Below, piece after piece: positions 60,370-64,000 of a stretch of DNA of 64,000 nucleotides. This DNA comes from Escherichia phage UE-M3. A program made the translations under genes and the position numbers. How positions within the stretch are numbered: position 1 is the stretch's first letter; the number at the start of each line of letters is the position of its first letter. The notes under the pieces were generated by a model. The model was given only the letters and a program-made list of their open reading frames with translations. It made no database searches and had not been told where the DNA came from. The DNA is taken from the sequence record PP301342.1. One strand, given 5' to 3'.

Positions 60370-60620
60370 ACCTTTCTCAATGTCCCATAGATGTTATTAT
60401 CGACAATACTCAAATCACAAAAACCAATTTCTTCTTGTCTCCCAGAGGATACCCAGATATTGTTTTCTGTTAGCTTAGGCTTCTTAGAGAATCCTATTAA
60501 TGAGGTATTAGCACTTTTATATTGACGTGGTAATAAAGCTATATACTTAACCCAGTGAGGTACTTGAATGGTGTGCTTCATATATTCCACAGTCTTGCCT
60601 GTAGGATATGTAATAATCAT
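60366..60620 (-). CDS. Early hypothetical protein
   Basis: 84-aa ORF. Confidence 0.45.
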   Translation of the reverse strand: MIITYPTGKTVEYMKHTIQVPHWVKYIALLPRQYKSANTSLIGFSKKPKLTENNIWVSSGRQEEIGFCDLSIVDNNIYGTLRKV

Positions 60621-60977
60621 TTAGTACCTCACAACGTATACGGGTTTATTAAGCCTATACATGATATCAATCATGTGCTTGGTTCCTTTGGAATTACCAT
60701 CCCAGAAACATACAGCAGCATCTGCAAATTCACCCATTTCCAGGTTACGTTTATAACCAGCACATTTACCATGTTTATCCCAGTTTGCTGGGAAATTATG
60801 AATAGGCATTTTGTTATTAGCCCATAGACTATATGCAAGCATATCTGCTCCACGAGCCATACCACATACTAATTCCGGACATTCAGGTATATTCCCTGAA
60901 TTTACTAACTTCTGTAATTCCTCAATCATAAGATTGGTATTTACGAAGTCTCTTCCACCAGCTACGATTAGTCTCAT
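60621..60977 (-). CDS. SLOG/DprA-like Rossmann-fold protein (DUF2493-like)
   Basis: 118 aa; LIVAGGRDF...LVCGMARGADMLAYSLWA resembles DprA/LOG-like nucleotide-binding loop. Confidence 0.4.
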   Translation of the reverse strand: MRLIVAGGRDFVNTNLMIEELQKLVNSGNIPECPELVCGMARGADMLAYSLWANNKMPIHNFPANWDKHGKCAGYKRNLEMGEFADAAVCFWDGNSKGTKHMIDIMYRLNKPVYVVRY

Positions 60978-61195
60978 TTCTGATACCCCTGTATATAGTT
61001 AATACGGCGAATACGTTGAGTAGATGCCTTAACAGCCATCTGTTGATTTTCTTCTTTACGCTGGTTTTCCAACAGCTTATCCCATTCTTTCTGGTTCCGT
61101 TGTTTCTGTAATATACGACTACAACGCTTATGATTAGCAACTCCTTTACGTTTGTTACATACAGGGCAAACACCATAATCAGTTGAGTACATCAT
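60974..61195 (-). CDS. Small basic Cys-containing protein (possible zinc ribbon)
   Basis: 73 aa; CPVCNKRKGVANHKRC. Confidence 0.4.
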   Translation of the reverse strand: MMYSTDYGVCPVCNKRKGVANHKRCSRILQKQRNQKEWDKLLENQRKEENQQMAVKASTQRIRRINYIQGYQK

Positions 61196-61196
61196 T

Positions 61197-61442
61197 TTAG
61201 TTGAATCCGTAATAGTTAAAGTAAGGAGCCTTTCTGTCTTCAGTTGATTTGATAATCACTGATTCATCTAGAAAGTACATCTCATTATTAATACGTACTT
61301 CTCTGTAAGATAACTTACCAAAGTTACGTATATATACCTTTCTAACATATACCTTACGGGTATGCTTTAGCATGAACCAGGCATACCCTTTGGGATTTAC
61401 TAATATTGTTTTATCTACGATGACATCACTAAGATTGTTCAC
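61197..61442 (-). CDS. Small early hypothetical protein
   Basis: 81-aa ORF. Confidence 0.45.
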   Translation of the reverse strand: MNNLSDVIVDKTILVNPKGYAWFMLKHTRKVYVRKVYIRNFGKLSYREVRINNEMYFLDESVIIKSTEDRKAPYFNYYGFN

Positions 61443-61743
61443 CGAGTGCCTCCATCAGTATTTTACGAATAACGTTAACATCAGATTCAGTACCAATTAA
61501 ACCAACAGGTTTACCTGTACTATCAGTTACAAAGCCAGCAATCCTTTCCATCTCTGCTGTAATTAACTTGTCACCATTAATAAGACGATTACGAAGGTAA
61601 GCTTCATAAGCTACCTCTATATCTTCTACTGTGGTTCTTTCATTACGAGCAAATGGATTACTTAATGGGAATGGTAAATGTACCCGTATATTCCTGTCAG
61701 CTACTTTAGCTTGGTGAGGAAGTATACATACTATTTCATTCAA
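61429..61743 (-). CDS. Early protein with NPF motif resembling N-terminus of the DUF4326-like protein
   Basis: 104 aa; PFPLSNPFARNERTTVEDIEVAYEAYLRNRL parallels GSPLGNPFVIGKDGSREQVITKYRVWLNEQI of 59439..59819. Confidence 0.4.
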   Translation of the reverse strand: MNEIVCILPHQAKVADRNIRVHLPFPLSNPFARNERTTVEDIEVAYEAYLRNRLINGDKLITAEMERIAGFVTDSTGKPVGLIGTESDVNVIRKILMEALGEQS

Positions 61744-61779
61744 GATTATTTCTCCTATTTAAATACATATCTAACTATT

Positions 61780-61818
61780 CAAAAATAAAAAATAGGAGCC
61801 TCCTATTGGAGGACTCCT
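61780..61818 (-). terminator. Rho-independent terminator (minus strand), imperfect stem
   Basis: aggagcctcc-tatt-ggaggactcct with A-rich run on + side. Confidence 0.45.
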
Positions 61819-61820
61819 TA

Positions 61821-61949
61821 CTATTTGATACATGGATGATTGTAAGTAACAATCTTACGTACTGGTTCAGATGTCTGTTGCTTAGCAGCCAGACGTTCCT
61901 TCATCTTCTGTACGTCAGCTTTGGTTCCCATGATTAATGACTTACGCAT
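61821..61949 (-). CDS. Small ORF (42 aa) with Shine-Dalgarno, below track cutoff
   Basis: ATG 61949 with GGAG 8 nt upstream; basic peptide MRKSLIMGTKADVQKMKERLAAKQQ...; just downstream of tandem repeat. Confidence 0.3.
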   Translation of the reverse strand: MRKSLIMGTKADVQKMKERLAAKQQTSEPVRKIVTYNHPCIK

Positions 61950-61992
61950 GTTTGGTACTCCACATAAAGTTAAAAGGCTTGTTGTTGTTACG

Positions 61993-62102
61993 TACAATTC
62001 TTACAACCATTTGATAGCCATTGAGTTGTACAACACCATAGTGTCGTTACAATTCTTACAACCATTTGATAGCCATTGAGTTGTACAACACCATAGTGTC
62101 GT
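61993..62102. repeat. Perfect 55-bp tandem direct repeat (2 copies), each containing palindrome gttgtacaac
   Basis: 61993-62047 identical to 62048-62102 (tacaattcttacaaccatttgatagccattgagttgtacaacaccatagtgtcgt). Confidence 0.85.
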
Positions 62103-62169
62103 TTCTGTACACCAGTGTGATATCTACGAAAGATACATTCTTCAATGGCATCCTCAATGTTAGTGAATA

Positions 62170-62388
62170 TCACTGGTTCCTCTTTGCAAACTCTTCTGCT
62201 TCTTTAGCCCAGAGTTGCTTACGTACCTCTTTAGCTATGATGGAAGCAAACAGACACTTAACGAATACAACTGGTAACTTACAAATAAGTACCAGCTTAG
62301 TTCTTACCCACTTGGCTCCATTGAGAATGTAACCACGTAGGCGATACAGCACATAACAGAGTATTACAAACGCAATGAAGTCCAACAT
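62170..62388 (-). CDS. Small membrane protein
   Basis: 72 aa; hydrophobic N-terminus LDFIAFVILCYVLY. Confidence 0.35.
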   Translation of the reverse strand: MLDFIAFVILCYVLYRLRGYILNGAKWVRTKLVLICKLPVVFVKCLFASIIAKEVRKQLWAKEAEEFAKRNQ

Positions 62389-62392
62389 AGTC

Positions 62393-62578
62393 TTACACCT
62401 TATGAAGTTTACGGATTTGTTTACGAGTAGGTTTAGCTACAAAGAAGTGGTCATAATGCTGACCATTCTTATCTTCTACAGATACCTGCCAACGAGCATT
62501 AAGAGACATCTTACTACCCCAAGGTTGTAACATAACAATCAACTTTTGTGAGTTATAACGGTTACATACTGTACGCAT
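62393..62578 (-). CDS. Small hypothetical protein
   Basis: 61-aa ORF. Confidence 0.35.
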   Translation of the reverse strand: MRTVCNRYNSQKLIVMLQPWGSKMSLNARWQVSVEDKNGQHYDHFFVAKPTRKQIRKLHKV

Positions 62579-62680
62579 AATGGTTACTCCTTCATCTAAT
62601 ATAAATCTATATCTATCTGGTTACTGTTTCAGTACCCTTCGTCTAAAGATACTCAAAAAGTAGAAATAGATTATCGTCTA

Positions 62681-62712
62681 GTTAAAAATAAAAGACTCCC
62701 CGAAGGGAGTCT
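62681..62712 (-). terminator. Rho-independent terminator (minus strand)
   Basis: agactccc-cgaa-gggagtct stem with gttaaaaataaa on + side. Confidence 0.6.
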
Positions 62713-62721
62713 AGTGGTTGA

Positions 62722-63105
62722 TTAGAAAGTCAGTTTACGAGCATATTTATTCTCGTCTGCTGGGATGTCAGCAGCCTCTGCTTTCACACGACGAAGTTGA
62801 ACTTGCAGGTTAATGATACCTTCTTCACCAGGTTCCAGGTTCTGAGCATATTCAATTAACTGTTCCAACAGGTCGTTCTGTGCACAACGCATAGCACGGA
62901 AGTCAGCATTGCTGCTATTAGTAGGCAGCGGCTCCTGAGTATCCAAAGGAATACCAGTAGGCAATGAGATGAATTTCTCATCATCAGAGCCTTCATTAGC
63001 TACATAACCAATGTTCAGCCAGAACTGAGCTTTAGGCTTATCAGTTTTAGCAGTAGAAGTAGCAGCAGCGTTAGATTGACCGAAAGTGAATTTTTGAATA
63101 GACAT
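62722..63105 (-). CDS. Early protein, first gene downstream of P2-like hairpin promoter
   Basis: Track start 63204 lacks Shine-Dalgarno; ATG 63105 has GGAGAG 6 nt upstream; 127 aa, acidic C-terminal half. Confidence 0.5.
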   Translation of the reverse strand: MSIQKFTFGQSNAAATSTAKTDKPKAQFWLNIGYVANEGSDDEKFISLPTGIPLDTQEPLPTNSSNADFRAMRCAQNDLLEQLIEYAQNLEPGEEGIINLQVQLRRVKAEAADIPADENKYARKLTF

Positions 63106-63210
63106 TTTGTACTCTCCAGATAAATGATTGTTTGATTTATGGGTTTGTCCGTCGGTGACTAAACCCAAGAAAAGACTTAAGATTTCAATGATTAGTGGAT
63201 GCATTTAAAT

Positions 63211-63234
63211 CATCCATAAGACGCGGAGCGTCTT
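63211..63234 (-). promoter_or_regulatory. Hairpin promoter of N4 virion-RNAP type (P2-like)
   Basis: catccat-aagacgc-GGA-gcgtctt: 7-bp stem, GGA loop, conserved CCATAA flank; closely resembles recalled N4 early promoter CATCCAAAAGAAGCGGAGCTTCTT. Confidence 0.65.
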
Positions 63235-63238
63235 GGTT

Positions 63239-63442
63239 TTAACTGTTATTAGGTCGGTGCTGTTTGATAGCTTTAAGCAAGGCTATCATGTCATCAATTT
63301 CTTTCTCGTTAAGTTTCCATAATATGGAATCCCCATCAGGGTAACCTTTAGCGGAACCATGATTCACGAGAACTACCCCGTCTACAATTGCTCCAAATAG
63401 TTTTCCTCTTTGGATAGCAATCTTCTCTATGTTAAATGCCAT
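63239..63442 (-). CDS. Small early hypothetical protein
   Basis: 67-aa ORF ending 5 nt before the P2-like hairpin. Confidence 0.45.
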   Translation of the reverse strand: MAFNIEKIAIQRGKLFGAIVDGVVLVNHGSAKGYPDGDSILWKLNEKEIDDMIALLKAIKQHRPNNS

Positions 63443-63498
63443 AAATAGGATTCTCTTAAAGTAGAATAACTATCTACTTTTGACTATCTATCTAATGT

Positions 63499-63527
63499 TC
63501 AAAACAGGAGACTCCGAAGAGCCTCCT
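63499..63527 (-). terminator. Imperfect hairpin terminator (minus strand)
   Basis: ggagactc-cgaa-gagcctcc with short A-run on + side. Confidence 0.4.
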
Positions 63528-63534
63528 AGGTGAC

Positions 63535-63858
63535 TTAGTTTTTAGTCAGGATGTCAATTACTTTTGAATATTCTGCGTTATAGATACGAGCGTTTTCTTT
63601 ATCCTTGCAGAATTCTTCAATACTTTTCTTACGCAGAGTCTCAGTCATAGCTGTCTCCTCTGCCAGTTTATTAACAAAGGTATGCATTTCTAATTTAGTA
63701 CGGATGGCTTGTTTCTCTGCCATAGTACTTACATATGAATTAAGCATACCTACTGCTTTAGTTGCTGTACCGAATGTATCTGCAACAGTAGTAGCAGCTG
63801 AGTTAACAGTACCAAGTAAAGTTCCTGCGGTCATACGTACAGTAGCTTGAGTAGTCAT
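63535..63858 (-). CDS. Early protein, first gene downstream of P1-like hairpin promoter
   Basis: 107 aa; ATG 63858 with GGAG 8 nt upstream; 43 nt from hairpin. Confidence 0.5.
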   Translation of the reverse strand: MTTQATVRMTAGTLLGTVNSAATTVADTFGTATKAVGMLNSYVSTMAEKQAIRTKLEMHTFVNKLAEETAMTETLRKKSIEEFCKDKENARIYNAEYSKVIDILTKN

Positions 63859-63890
63859 GATGATAGCTCCAATAGTTGATGATAGGACGA

Positions 63891-63915
63891 CATGTCCATA
63901 ACATGCGGAGCATGT
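63891..63915 (-). promoter_or_regulatory. Hairpin promoter of N4 virion-RNAP type (P1-like)
   Basis: catgtccata-acatgc-GGA-gcatgt: 6-bp stem, GGA loop, CCATAA flank. Confidence 0.6.
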
Positions 63916-64000
63916 GTAACGTGTAAGGTGGGGTAGGGTAGTGGCTACACCGTCAACATACCGGGGGGGCTAGTTGAGTGTAAGGGTGTAGCCCCAGCCA

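Noticed and set aside
61993-62102. Tandem repeat as a possible CRISPR array
   Set aside because: Only two directly adjacent identical units with no spacers and no cas genes in the window.
61988-62332. ORFs 61988..62173 (-) and 62066..62332 (+) overlapping the 55-bp tandem repeat
   Set aside because: Both run through a perfect tandem duplication whose period is not a multiple of 3, lack Shine-Dalgarno sequences and overlap each other; more likely noncoding regulatory DNA.
63106-63204. Track start 63204 for the gene downstream of the P2-like hairpin
   Set aside because: It would leave about an 11-nt leader with no Shine-Dalgarno; the in-frame ATG at 63105 has GGAGAG at ideal spacing.
1-64000. 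Temperate/integrative element (integrase, repressor, att sites)
   Set aside because: No tyrosine/serine recombinase-like ORF or CI-like repressor seen; gene content is that of a strictly lytic N4-like phage. The tRNA genes are internal to the phage and not obviously att-associated.

Overview
The window is almost entirely a virulent N4-like (Schitoviridae-type) podophage genome segment, with no integrase, lysogeny genes or CRISPR array seen. Positions 1-27200 (+ strand) hold the late/structural module: a tail fibre with a C-terminal S74-type chaperone domain, a lysis cassette (holin candidate, GH108 endolysin, embedded spanin pair), portal, major capsid protein, several virion proteins and a ~3450-aa virion RNA polymerase. 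Positions 27200-64000 (- strand) hold a tRNA cluster, a replication module (SSB-like, AAA_24-like ATPase, primase/helicase-like, family A DNA polymerase, SF1 helicase, rIIA/rIIB-like), nucleotide metabolism (ThyX-like, dCTP-deaminase-like), a MoxR-like AAA ATPase + vWA pair, a split two-subunit T7-like RNA polymerase, an Ig-like decoration protein and a block of small early genes. The most distinctive signal is three GGA-loop DNA hairpins (58802-58816, 63218-63234, 63901-63915) with a shared CCA(T/A)AA flank, matching the hairpin promoter architecture of the N4 virion RNA polymerase. Two HNH-AP2 homing endonucleases are inserted between conserved genes, one splitting the RNAP II subunit genes. 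Product names are from motif recognition by eye and recalled N4 gene order, not from database searches; many ORF-track starts are GTG/TTG and were moved to ATG plus Shine-Dalgarno only where checked.
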